Made by a program: the position numbers and the translations under genes. 64,000 bases of DNA. Source: Eledone cirrhosa (Eukaryota). Of this stretch, positions 27,708 through 41,125 are shown in pieces (position 1 is the first letter of the stretch; each line of letters opens with the position of its first letter). Where the stretch lies: NCBI GenBank assembly GCA_964016885.1, contig OZ024743.1, positions 102,486,001 through 102,550,000 on the forward strand, given 5' to 3'. The notes below the pieces were generated by a model. That model did no database searches and was not told the DNA's origin. It saw only the letters and a list, made by a program, of their open reading frames with translations.

Positions 27708-27938
27708 TTGTGATGGACCTCCATCAGTTCCAACGATGAGTGCTCCATTTGTACGAACAGATGAAAAGGCTGCTCTTGAAAGTAACATGAGGCTGGTAGA
27801 ACATTAGCTTGACACTTATAATTCTAATGTAGGTCAGAGAGCGATTAACTGTGGCACTGTGATATTGAAACCATAGGTCTCAGGTGAGCCGTCTCGAGAG
27901 ATCTGATATAAGGCATCTTGCTCAAGGACATGTATATA

Positions 27939-29187
27939 CGGGCTGTGTCAGAACAGAGACTGAGAAATAGTGTCTCAAAAAATATTTCAATTCCAAACTA
28001 CAAATTATCCCGTTAGAAATAATCCCCTTTGAGTCCAACGCACATTCCCATCCTTTTCTACCATGCCTACGTGCACACGTAGAAGGTTTCTCACTGGATT
28101 CTCCGTAGACCCGTCGTCATAACCCTCTTGGTGGTTTCCACGTCCCTTTCGAGCTTGGAGAAAAAGAAAACAGCACATGGAGCCAGATCACATAGAGAGG
28201 TTGCTTCGGCACGGCGATGTTCTTCTCGACCAGAAACAAAGGGATGCTCAGGGCCTTGTGAGGCGGCACCTTATCGTCATGAGGCAGCCACAACTCTCGT
28301 CAGTTCTCGTGCACTGAACGAAGCAAACGCCGTAGGATCTCCTTTTATACATGCTGGTTGATTGTCAGGCCTTGTTACAGGAACCCTATGTATACAATGT
28401 CACCCATATTGAAGAACATTATCCACATGTGTTTGAGTTCGGACTTCGACTGTCTTGCTTTCTTCGGTCTCGGAAACTCCGGACTCATCTACTGATAGCT
28501 TTGGCGCTTGGTCTCCTGGTCGTCCACGAAGATCCAGGATCCATCATCGATGATGATTCTCCTTGGCAAGTCTGGTTCGGTTTCAAGCCGCTTTAGGATG
28601 TTCTGACACACCTGCAAGCGCCGCCCCTTCTGGTCATCGTTCTGCAGCTTCGGCACCATCGCGCAGGTCTTCCGCATGCACAAATCGTCGGTGATGATCT
28701 CCCAAACGCCGTTGCAGTTCATCCCACGCTCACTTTCAATCAGTCAAACATCGAGCCGGCAATCACCACGCATAACCTGTCTTACACGTTCAACGTTGGC
28801 TTCAGTCATGCTCGTTGAAAGTTTTCAGCTCTTGGGGTCATCTTGCAAGTCCCCGCGTCTCTATTTTTAGCCACTTGAAAACCATGAGCGCGACATCGTT
28901 TCACTTCCGTACATTTGCTGCAGTATTCAGAGTGCTTTTGAAGGAGAGTTTAGCAGCCGGTTCAGATACTTTATGTTGGTTCGTTTCTCTGTGCCCATCG
29001 CACGGCGGCCGAAAATTGAAAAGTTGTTAATAAAAGTACGTTAAAATATATACAATGGCTGCAGAGAGCTGAGATTGCATTTATATACTCCCCGGATAGT
29101 ATATCACATGGTGAAGCAGCACGCTAATCCCTACCGAATTCATAGATCACACACCACATGAAGTCATGTTAACTTTCTGACACATCT

Positions 29188-29189
<2 letters not shown>
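27939..29189 (-). mobile_element. Mariner (Tc1/mariner) DNA transposon, decayed, about 1.25 kb
   Basis: Imperfect TIRs TA|cgggctgtgtcagaa ... ttctgacacatctct|TA; transposase remnant MVPKLQNDDQKGRRLQVC...IIIDDGSWIFVDDQETKRQS (WVPK-like motif and first catalytic Asp region). Confidence 0.88.
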
Positions 29190-29281
<92 letters not shown>

Positions 29282-29553
29282 CATGTATGTAAAAGGAACA
29301 CGACACAGTGCAATAGAATAATATATTAGTTTAAAGCTTGTAACAATGAGAAAAAAGTCTTAAAATTTGAGACACTAGGCCTCCCTCAGAAGAGAGAATC
29401 AGAAATAAAAGATGAAATAGAAAAATAGAGTGAGAAAAGATAGGGAGGGAAAACGTTGAGAAAAAAATTATATGTGCATATTCAGTCAGGCATTATGTAT
29501 ATATACATATATATATATGTGTGTGTGTGTGTGTGTCTGTGCCTGTGTGTCGT

Positions 29554-29624
<71 letters not shown>

Positions 29625-29834
29625 TTCGGAAAATATTGTTTTGGTAAAAACAGGAGTAAGCAGGAAAAACCTCTCAACAATCGTTGTTTTAGTTACGATG
29701 GAGAATTTTATAAAAATATTAAAATAAGATCCTGAGGTTACATATATCGTTTATATGTAACCTCAGCATCTTGTTTTATTATTTATATATATATATATAG
29801 AGAGAGAGATAGATATCCGTATATATATATATAT

Positions 29835-29913
<79 letters not shown>

Positions 29914-29960
29914 ATAAAGTATGTCCATAGAATCATTTGATAAAATATATATATCATCTC

Positions 29961-30001
<41 letters not shown>

Positions 30002-30452
30002 CACATTTATGTATAAAAAGTAGATTTATACTCAGAATACAAAGCGTATATCTTTCATTTCTGGGTATATTAGTATGCTGCACATTCGATTATAATTCAT
30101 GAGATATATATCCTGTCTATTAACTATTTTTGTTCTCTGTTGCTGTCTGATTTATATGTGGTAATATTATATGCCATTTCAACAACCTCTTACTTGCTTT
30201 TCTATTTCAAAGAGCTATCTAGTCTGTACAATACTTCCGCTAAAAATCGGCATATAAACGTACAGTGTGATTATGGTGTATGTGTGTGCTTGGGTGTGTA
30301 GTGTGTGCGTGCGCAGGGAAAAGATCTGTGGAAAGGAAAGAGGAGAAAACATTCTATGTTGTGCATTCTGCTCCGCTCCATGTACAGTTTGCAGTGCCTC
30401 GATGCATAGGCCTTGAAACCTAAGTTATGGAAATGCATACGTGAATGTATCA

Positions 30453-30504
<52 letters not shown>

Positions 30505-30507
<3 letters not shown>

Positions 30508-30568
30508 TAAAAATTCTAATTTAGTCCAGAAGCTTGAGCTCTGCCGTCGGGGTCATACTTTTTCCTAT
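30505..30568 (+). mobile_element. Short fragment of the 35-36 kb HHR family, between (TA)n tracts
   Basis: gcttgagctctgccgtcggggtc...ttttcc matches 36339-36372. Confidence 0.65.
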
Positions 30569-30586
30569 ATATATATATATATATGA

Positions 30587-30787
30587 GAGACGTAAAATAA
30601 GAACATTTTAAAATTAACTTACTCACTAAAATATCACTTCCACCTAATTAGTTTCTGTAATTGAATAAATATATTTTCCGAAGAAAATACAGAGAATCAT
30701 TCCGTCGTCAGGGAAGACTATTCTCATCTAAGTATCCAGGCAAAGCGTGGACTCTGGAAACTTATTAAAAAATAATTCAGTGGATAT
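30587..30787 (-). mobile_element. Diverged copy of the 530-bp retrozyme-like family; HHR at 30637-30716, probably inactive
   Basis: Shares gacgtaaaataagaa, ctaattagtttc and aaaaataattcagtggat with 55-56 kb; minus strand cttcc-CTGACGA...GAAA-ctaattagGT-ggaag (U16.1 mutated). Confidence 0.75.
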
Positions 30788-31040
30788 ACATATATATATA
30801 ATATATATATATATTGTATATATATATAATATATATATATATATATTTATTCAGGTTTGAGGTTCATCACTGTATAGAGCTGGTCTATTCCGTATGGTCA
30901 ATCGTAATGTAATAATATAGAGAGTACTCAACGTAAAGCAGTTCAACCGTCTTTGTTTTTGTAGTTTGTGGTGTTATTACGGAGTTAAATATTTTCAGCC
31001 CCATGGATTTTATCTTTTACATTCACGTATTATATTTCGA

Positions 31041-31098
31041 ATACCTGATGATATCACCGGATTCATACGGAACCCTGTCATTGAAATGATCATAGTAT
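31041..31098 (+). ncRNA. Putative minimal hammerhead
   Basis: atac-CTGATGA-31 nt-GAAA-t gatc ATA-gtat, then AATAAA, then (TA)n; palindromic stem III ATGATCAT. Confidence 0.7.
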
Positions 31099-31148
31099 AA
31101 TAAACCTTTCAATGATTTACACAAATCCAGCCTCCTGTCATTTCATTA

Positions 31149-31205
<57 letters not shown>

Positions 31206-31215
31206 TATATATATA

Positions 31216-32965
31216 TTTATTAAAATAACAGATTAAAGTTTAAGCAAAGAATCGCTGCTTTCACCCTTAACGGGATCTTCTGAAACTAACAAAGTCAATC
31301 TGTAAACGCAGAAGTGGATATTTCAAAAAACATTGCGACCGGAGGAAGACAGGAAGACGATACTTTGGTTCGTGGAAACGTTCCCTGGCAAAGAACGGGA
31401 AAAAACGAATATAATACGTCATTAATAGGAGCGGTGAAAAACAATTACGCGCAAAGACAGAACCACGTTTATGGTATAAAAGGAGTCGTAGACTAATGTT
31501 CTCTTAGGTGGTTCATAGAGACGTTCTCTGGCAATGAAAGGAAAAAACGAAGATAATACGTCATATGTGGAGCGTGGAGAACAATGGCAAGCAAAGACAA
31601 AACCACGTAAATGGTATAGCTGAAGTCGTAGACTAAATTCTAACTAGGAAACCGAATGAATCTCCGCTTCAGAGTTAAGAATAAAGTAAATAAATACAAT
31701 ACAGAGGTAATAGAAATTAAATAAATGCATACACGCAAGCAAATACGTACATACACAAACATACGCAAAACACTGCCATAGGTATACAAACTATTCACAT
31801 ATAAATATGTGTGTGTGTGTGTGCGTGTATACAAATAAATAAATAATTAAATAAACGTATATAAATAAATAAATACGTATATATCAAGCGCACACACATA
31901 CCAACATGTAAATACACATATGTTCGGAGACGTAAGCCAACCAAAACATGAAGTACACATATACTCACATCCTACATACGTACAAACCTGCATACTCACG
32001 CAGACGCAAAACTCCCGTATACACATAACCAAACCATATGTACCAGAATATATAGAAAATGTATACGCCATAACATAATCAAATATACGTATGAGAAAGT
32101 ATACGTGCCTTCACAAAACATACAGGTAATATATACTTACCTATGCAAATAAGTAATGGTATAAAGAAAACATATACTTAGCTACCACATCAAGACGTAA
32201 AATATCCACGTATAGATCGTACTATCCGTTAGGGTAGAATGTGGGGCTGTAATACAGGAAAGTGTTGTGCAATTTATGTTTACAAGCCGAAATTGCCTCA
32301 GATTTTTTGTGTAAGATGTGGTCTGTGGCGGAGAGTATTTCCAAGGCCTTAGCGGCGCAGATGTCACATTGTCTTTTATTTCCGTTATACGATCTAGCTT
32401 TAGCTAGGATCTCCCAGTGTAACTTAAATTGGGTGTGGTTGTCTTTTAGACTCCAGATATAAGCTGAAAGTGACGTCATATTCCTTTTTAGAGGGTAACG
32501 AAAAGAATGGGTATGCATGTAAAGACTCTGCTTGAATCTATGTGCGGTTAACCCTATGTAGGACCTACGGGACGTGGGTGTTTCAACCTTACATTTGTAG
32601 ACAATGTTACTAGAGAGGCATTTCCCGGATAGGGGGCAATCAACCCGATTGCTACAATTACAGTTAGTACTAACTACAGGGTTGGACGTGTTCCTACGGC
32701 TAGGTAGTTTAGCTAAATTTGAAGCTGTTAGGAGTCGTAGAGTAAGAAATTTTAATAGTATTTGTATTAAAAATGTTACTATATTTATGTGTAGGGGGAA
32801 AATGCTTCGTAATAAGGGGAAGAAAGATCTTAGCTAATGGTGTGGCCACCTCCATATTATATGGTGGGTTATACCAACAAATGCGACGGGATCTATATAA
32901 ATATTTGCTCTACGGTTCTTATATATTTGATATATATTTATCCTTATCGAGCCCTCTTTGGATTT
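31216..32965 (-). mobile_element. Penelope-like element, 3' portion: GIY-YIG remnant (about 32240-32900), 3' UTR and HHR
   Basis: Minus strand RRICWYNPPY...CNCSNRVDCPLSGKCLSSNIVYKCKV...YIGLTAHRFKQ...TSLSAYIW...CDIC...CKHK; the UTR has a diverged duplication with a period of about 143 bp (31380-31636). Continuity of UTR and ORF is inferred. Confidence 0.85.
31237..31287 (-). ncRNA. Hammerhead with CAGAAGA core at the PLE 3' end
   Basis: Minus strand: agttt-CAGAAGA-t ccc gttaa ggg t-GAAA-gcag cgattct ttg CTT-aaact; AATAAA and (TA)n follow. Confidence 0.65.
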
Positions 32966-32992
32966 TAGTCTTCTAATTTATTATTATTACTA

Positions 32993-34409
<1,417 letters not shown>

Positions 34410-34451
34410 ACGATATTAAATAAATGGAAACTATATTTATAAAACCATATT

Positions 34452-34513
34452 TATTCTATTATATATATTTCAAGGGTACCAAAAACTTTGGTACGCTTTC
34501 ATCAGATAAAATA
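34452..34513 (-). ncRNA. Minimal type-I hammerhead, canonical core
   Basis: tattttat-CTGATGA-aag c gtaccaaa gtt tttggtac c ctt-GAAA-t atat ATA-atagaata; 8-bp stem I; lies in a 34407-34623 island between (TA)n tracts. Confidence 0.88.
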
Positions 34514-34623
34514 CAAAGTGTGTTTTATAAATTTTGACACACCCAAGGAAACATACCTTATCAGTTGAATTTTCCTCGGATAGTCATTTATAAACATTTA
34601 TATTTGTTGAATTTCCAACAAAA

Positions 34624-34634
34624 TATATATATTT

Positions 34635-34675
<41 letters not shown>

Positions 34676-34769
34676 ATATATATATTATATATATTATATA
34701 TATATATATATAATATATATTATATATATATATATATATTATGTATATATTATATATATATTATATATA

Positions 34770-34826
<57 letters not shown>

Positions 34827-34938
34827 CATATATACATTATATATATAGATATTATATATATATATGTATATATAGATATTATATATATATATATGTATAT
34901 ATACATGATATATATATATATATATATATATTTATACA

Positions 34939-34970
<32 letters not shown>
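34624..34970. repeat. Long degenerate (TA)n tract
   Basis: Read directly. Confidence 0.95.
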
Positions 34971-34973
<3 letters not shown>

Positions 34974-36453
34974 AACAAATAAGACCCCGACGGCTGAGCT
35001 CAAGCCGTTTCGACGGCTAATTCTGTACTGAATGAAAATTTATTCTGGTATTTAAATAGCCGAACTTATCAAGGGGTAATTCCATATATGGTCAATGAGA
35101 TAGTCACCAGGATTGGTCACATCACAAGTTAGTAGTAAATCTGTGATGGCAAGTTGGTGGGGGATGGGGTAGCTAAACCTGCCGGTAGGAGAAAAAGGGA
35201 GAGGGGGTGGAGTAGACCCATTCATGCGTTGGTAGTGCCAGCTACAGCTGGGTGTGAGGTCAAAGAGGATACTGGCGAGGGGGAGGGGGAGGAGGTCGAA
35301 ACGGTAAGTAGAACAATGAAAGGTAAAACTATAAAAAGTACTGAGAGAGAAAAAAAAAATAAGCAAAATCTGGTTACTAAGACTTAAGTCTCTCGCTATT
35401 GCTAGGCTAAAGAAATACATAAATAAATAAATAAACAAATAAGTGAATAAAAGAATAGATAAATAAATAAATAAAAAAAAAATATATATATATAATGTAG
35501 AATAAAAATATAAATAATAATAAAAATAAACTAGGTGGGACGGAAATATAGGGACCCTTATACGAGGTACAAGTGCGTGTATCGTACGGTGACGGGTCAA
35601 CAAAAAAGGGGGGGGCAGAATACTAAAGAGACTACCACGAAAATAATAAAGGTTTCTACCCCAAACACAGGGCCAGCGTTTGGGGTAGAAACCTTTATTA
35701 TTTTCGTGGTAGTCTCTTTAGTATTCTGCCCCCCCCCCCCTTTTGTTGACCCGTCACCGTACGATACACGCACTTGTACCTCGTATAAGGGTCCCTATAT
35801 TTCCGTCCCACCTAGTTTATTTTTATTATTATTTATTTTTTTATTCTACATTATATATATAGATATTTTTTTTATAAATTTATTTATCTATTCTTTTATT
35901 CACTTATTTGTTTATTTATTTATTTATGTATTTCTTTAGCCTAGCAATAGCGAGAGACTTAAGTCTTAGTAACCAGATTTTGCTTATTTTTTTTTTCTCT
36001 CTCAGTACCTTTTATAGTTTTACCTTTCATTGTTCTACCTACCGTTTCGACCTCCTCCCCCTCCCCCTCCCAGTATCCTCTTTGACCTCACACCCAGCTG
36101 TAGCTGGCACTACCAACGCATGAATGGGTCTACTCCACCCCTCTCCCTTTTTCTCCTACCGGCAGGTTTAGCTACCCCTTCCCCCACCAACTTGCCATCA
36201 CAGATTTACTACTAACTTGTGATGTGACCAATCCTGGTGACTATCTCTTTGACCATATATGGAATTACCCCTTGATAAGTTCGGCTATTTAAATACCAGA
36301 ATAAATTTTCATTCAGTACAGAATTAGCCGTCGAAACGGCTTGAGCTCAGCCGTCGGGGTCTTATTTTTTCCTATTACCCACTCTACTACCCTAAGTATT
36401 GAGTACTTTGGTGCGTTATGGTCCACCTGGTTCCTTACCACATTTCCTTCGTT
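34971..36453. mobile_element. Near-perfect palindrome of about 1.4 kb (arms of about 695 bp, 11-nt spacer) from an HHR-bearing element
   Basis: 34971-35666 versus 35678-36373; the right arm continues about 80 nt further to (TA)n. Confidence 0.95.
36267..36360 (+). ncRNA. Hammerhead with UUGAUAA (U3-A8) core (mirror copy at 34984-35077, -)
   Basis: acccc-TTGATAA-gttcggcta...tagccgtc-GAAA-cggct tgagctc agcc-GTC-ggggt. Confidence 0.8.
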
Positions 36454-36866
36454 ATATATATATATATATATAAACCCAAAGTACGTTATATATATAGATA
36501 AACCCAAAGTTCACTCACCACACATACTTTGTCTCTCCCCTCTCTACCTATCTCTCTCTACATCCATTACACTCTCTCTCTCTCACCTTTGACCTACCTC
36601 CCTCTCAACATCTATGAACCTGCCCTCTGGGGCAATAAATAATTCCGACCTTAACTATCAACGCATCTCTCCAAAAGTAACCAGTATAATAAAACCCCTA
36701 GCATAACATTTTGATTAAGATATCTACAAGCCACTCTCTCCTACTTCTCCAACCCCTGCATATCTTTCTTTCTCTCTCCCTCTTCCCTACTTTTCTCTCT
36801 TCCTGTTCTACTCTATCTTCCCCAACAACCCCACTTAAGGGTATTTACATTGTACATTTACCATTC

Positions 36867-36978
36867 TGCTCTGAGGAAACAGTGGCCACAGAATTGGATA
36901 TTCGAGTTCTGCAAGTACTTGTGAATTTGCACGTAGCGTAACTAGGCTGCAGTACCACCGTGGAAACACTTGTAAGCA
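36867..36978 (+). ncRNA. Hammerhead with enlarged, possibly branched stem II
   Basis: tgct-CTGAGGA-a acagtgg...ccaccgt g-GAAA-c actt GTA-agca; AATAAA at 36984; (TA)n from about 37029. Confidence 0.72.
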
Positions 36979-37025
36979 CACGGAATAAATTACCTTTTTA
37001 TGATGTCTACCTGTTATTATTCATT

Positions 37026-37090
<65 letters not shown>

Positions 37091-37887
37091 CTATATATAC
37101 ATATATTCGACACACACGCACACATATTATACATGTGTGTGTGTATGCATATACATATATACTCATGTGTGTGTTTAACGCCTCATCGTGAGAAAATTAT
37201 CAACCTAATTTGCACGCTCTTTCGTTCAGGTTGTAACTCAATTGTAAGCGATATGAATGCCGTGCTTAACGATAAATGAGGATGTCCTTAATAGCTACAC
37301 TGGAAATCAGTGTATATCCGTAATATAGCTCGTGTGATGTATATTAGCAACATAACAAAAATATATCTTCGTTTCTTTATTTTTCATTTACTCTTACTAT
37401 TCATTAGTGCCTCTCATTCTCCGGCTTGTTGCCTCAATAGTTGCAGCTGAATTTACATTGTAGTGGCTTCCAACACCCATGTTTTTCCATCTTCTACAAT
37501 GCTCCAAGCAAAATATAACACAGCTATTTATGTGAATTTTACATTTCTCAATTTTGTGTTTTTCTGTGTGTGTGTATATATGCGTGTGTGTACATGTGTG
37601 TGTGTGTGTACATGTGTGTGTCAGTATGTGTGTGTGTGTATGTGTGTGTGCATGAGTGTGACATGAAAAGGATACAAAATACACTGCAGACCTAGCTCCA
37701 ACGTGAGTACATAATATAGGTTCTGTCTTGGGTGTTTAAATTATAAGAACCCGTTCCTATCATGGAAGTTAAGAGCTCTAAAGGGACTGGATTTATAATT
37801 ACATACATACACACACATATATATATATATATAGTAATAATATATATATATATATATATAGTAAACTTTAATCTGTTATTTTAATAA

Positions 37888-37964
<77 letters not shown>

Positions 37965-37967
<3 letters not shown>

Positions 37968-38056
37968 AGATTTAGGACCCTAACTGCTGAGCTCCGGCCG
38001 TTTCGACAGCTAGATCCAGACTGCGATATGATCCACCTGGTATCTTACCATACCCA

Positions 38057-38060
<4 letters not shown>
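37965..38060. mobile_element. Diverged, rearranged fragment of the 35-36 kb family
   Basis: ggaccc...ctgagctccggccgtttcgacagcta (minus orientation) joined to tccacctggtatcttacca (plus-orientation tail). Confidence 0.55.
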
Positions 38061-38110
<50 letters not shown>

Positions 38111-38138
38111 TACGTATGTATATATATATATATATATG

Positions 38139-38217
<79 letters not shown>

Positions 38218-39164
38218 TACGTATATATTTATGTGTACTTGTGTGCGGTTGGGCGTGTATAGGAAGAGGAAGACACAATTAACTACAATACAAAACGAAG
38301 AGTATATTAACATTAGATTTATAAATCATGAAGATAACCTGTAATGTCGAGATATAACAGATATTGTCAATATATGTCGAAACGATCTTTAGATAGCAAA
38401 ATACTGTGTAATTAACGTAATATAAATGAGACTTCCATGAGCTTCAGACTATACAAATATATTCAGACACTATAAACTATATCTGTAGAATTTGTCTGCT
38501 TTTTAAAATTTATTGCAGTTATATCTGATTGCCGCCACTTTCGCAAACACAGCTACTGTAATTTCTATCGTCAAATCGGAATACTGCAGCTGCTGTTTTG
38601 CATTATCTGAATAAAAACGTGTGTACCAGCGCAATATAAATACACATCTTTTTGCAGCAATGGATAACTGCAAAATATATTTCTACTTGGGCTTTGCATT
38701 TATGTTAAATTCTAAAGAAACGAGGGTATGGGATCCATAGGATTTATTCCAAACACATTTTTCCGACTATGCATTCTATTAGAGTTGAATTCCAAAGAGA
38801 GAGGGAATAGAGTGGGTGGTAGAGGATGATGGGGATTGGAGAGATGGGAAGAAGGAAGAGAGAAAGAGTACTCTCTTCCTTCTTCCCATCTTCCTCTATC
38901 ACCCACTCTATCCCCTCTCTCACACGCTCTCTTTAATTCATCATAGCACACGGTTTCAGTTGGATTGCATGAAGCTAGCAGGTTCATAGTTACCACTGAT
39001 AAAGATATATATCTTCCATATATTCAATGATTGGTGTCCTAGCTGCAAAAACTGATCGTCAATCATATTTACACCTGTAACACACACATACACAAACACA
39101 CAGACACACAGATATAGATATATATATACAGATACACACACACACACACATATATATATAAATT

Positions 39165-39360
39165 GCGAAGGCCTATTTGGCAGTATCGGTAGAGGGTCGG
39201 ACACCATGCTTTGATGCATAGAGTTACGACCCTTGCCATACTGCGTTCAAATCCCGCCGAGGTTAACTTTGCCTTTCATCCTTACAGGCTCGATAAAATA
39301 AAGTACCAGTAATGCACTGGTTTATTGCTGGCCTTGTGCCAAAAGTAGAAACAATTATTA
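39165..39360 (+). mobile_element. SINE family A
   Basis: Full consensus. Confidence 0.88.
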
Positions 39361-39420
39361 AATATATTCATAATCTGCCGTAATACGAATTTCGGTAGCA
39401 TTAATAAGTACTTAATATTG

Positions 39421-39526
39421 TTTCTACTTTAGGCACAAGGCCAGCAAATTACTCAGTGCATTACTGGTACTTTATTTTATCGACCCGGTAAGGATGAAAG
39501 GCAAAGTCAACCTCGGCGGGATTTGA
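39421..39526 (-). mobile_element. 5'-truncated SINE family A with 20-bp target-site duplication
   Basis: ttaataagtacttaatattg at 39401-39420 and 39532-39551. Confidence 0.85.
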
Positions 39527-39739
39527 AGTACTTAATAAGTACTTAATATTGCCATCAAATTACCACCGACGCCACTTCCTCGGAAACATGTTAAGTGATA
39601 TGTTTGTCATGTAACATTTCTAATTCAATGCAAGCTATCAATATATATATATGCATATATATGTGTACCTCTGTATATGTGTATGTCACAACCCTCTCAG
39701 GATTATATACCCACTCACATGTGTGTGTGTGCATTTATG

Positions 39740-39801
<62 letters not shown>

Positions 39802-40744
39802 TATGTGTGTGTGTGTTTGTATGTGCATGTGGAAAATTTATTCAATTGTTTTCAACTGATTAGCTACTGGTAACTGTGCTTAGGAAGCAAATGCAGTGAA
39901 CTGAATTGAATTTAAGTTTCCTTTTCAAAACTTCTGAACTCTATACCAAAGATTATATCTCTGAAAAGTTTGAGAATCCGTTCTATTAATATAATGTTAA
40001 AGAAACACTAAATAATAACATAACAAAATATTGTTCCGGTGATTTTACTTCAAAGCTTTTATCTCTCAGCTTCTAGTTCGATTCATCTGTATGTCGTCTT
40101 GCAATGTTCCTATAAATTTGACTTTTTTTATAAAATCATTTGAAATTTTATTTCATCTCCAAGCGAATTGAAAGTGTAGGGAAATAGATCTGAATGTAGT
40201 TTTTATTGTTTTGATGTGCCTTATAGATGGCAGACACATGAGTGAGTTTGAATTAATGATTTATCATATTTAACCATTCCTTTGTGGCTGCATACTTTAT
40301 CAACCTCTGAGTTGCTGTTCACGTACGGTATTAGGATATTTACATCATCACCATAAAAAAACATTCCCTCTCACTCAGTCTAGACAAACAAAAGTAACGC
40401 TATATACAAATCAAATAACTGTCTTATGAATGGTTTCATTAGCTTCAAATTCTGTCCTTACATATACTACGAAATATGCACATCAGAACATAGACAGTCG
40501 TTTGCCAATTTTTACACTCCTCTAAACCCCGATGCAGATTTTGCAAGCATTAAACTAGAAAATGTCTCTGTATCAATATTGTCAACCTTGACCCGGATTG
40601 TAGATTAGATTGGATCTGTTAACGGAACTTATTATTTTGACCATATATCTATATACTGGTACTTCATTTATTTATTTTGGATTGATAAGAGTATTGTACA
40701 AATATCGTTCGGATCTGAATTGAGAATATAGAATGACGAAATCA

Positions 40745-41125
40745 AATAATTGTTTCTGCTTTTGGCACAAGGCCAGCAATTACTCCAGTGCATTACTGGT
40801 ACTTTATTTTATCGACCCCTTAAGGATGAAAGTCAAAGATATCCGCGGCAGGAATTGAACTTAGAACGTAAAGGGACATAACTCTATGCTGCAAAGCATG
40901 GTGTCTGACGCTCTACCGATGCTGCCAAACCACCGAAAATAATATTTTTTTCTTTTGGCACAAGGCCAGCAATTACCCCAGTGCATTACTAGTACTTTAT
41001 TTTATCGACCCCCCATAAGGATGAAAGGCAAAGTTAACCACAGTGAGGTTTGACCCCAGACCGTAAAGGGCCGCAACTCTATGCTGTAAACATGGCGTCC
41101 GACCCTCTATCGATACTGCCAACGA
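40745..41125 (-). mobile_element. Two tandem SINE family A copies
   Basis: Copies at 40745-40935 and 40945-41125; an older copy adjoins at about 40640-40745. Confidence 0.88.
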
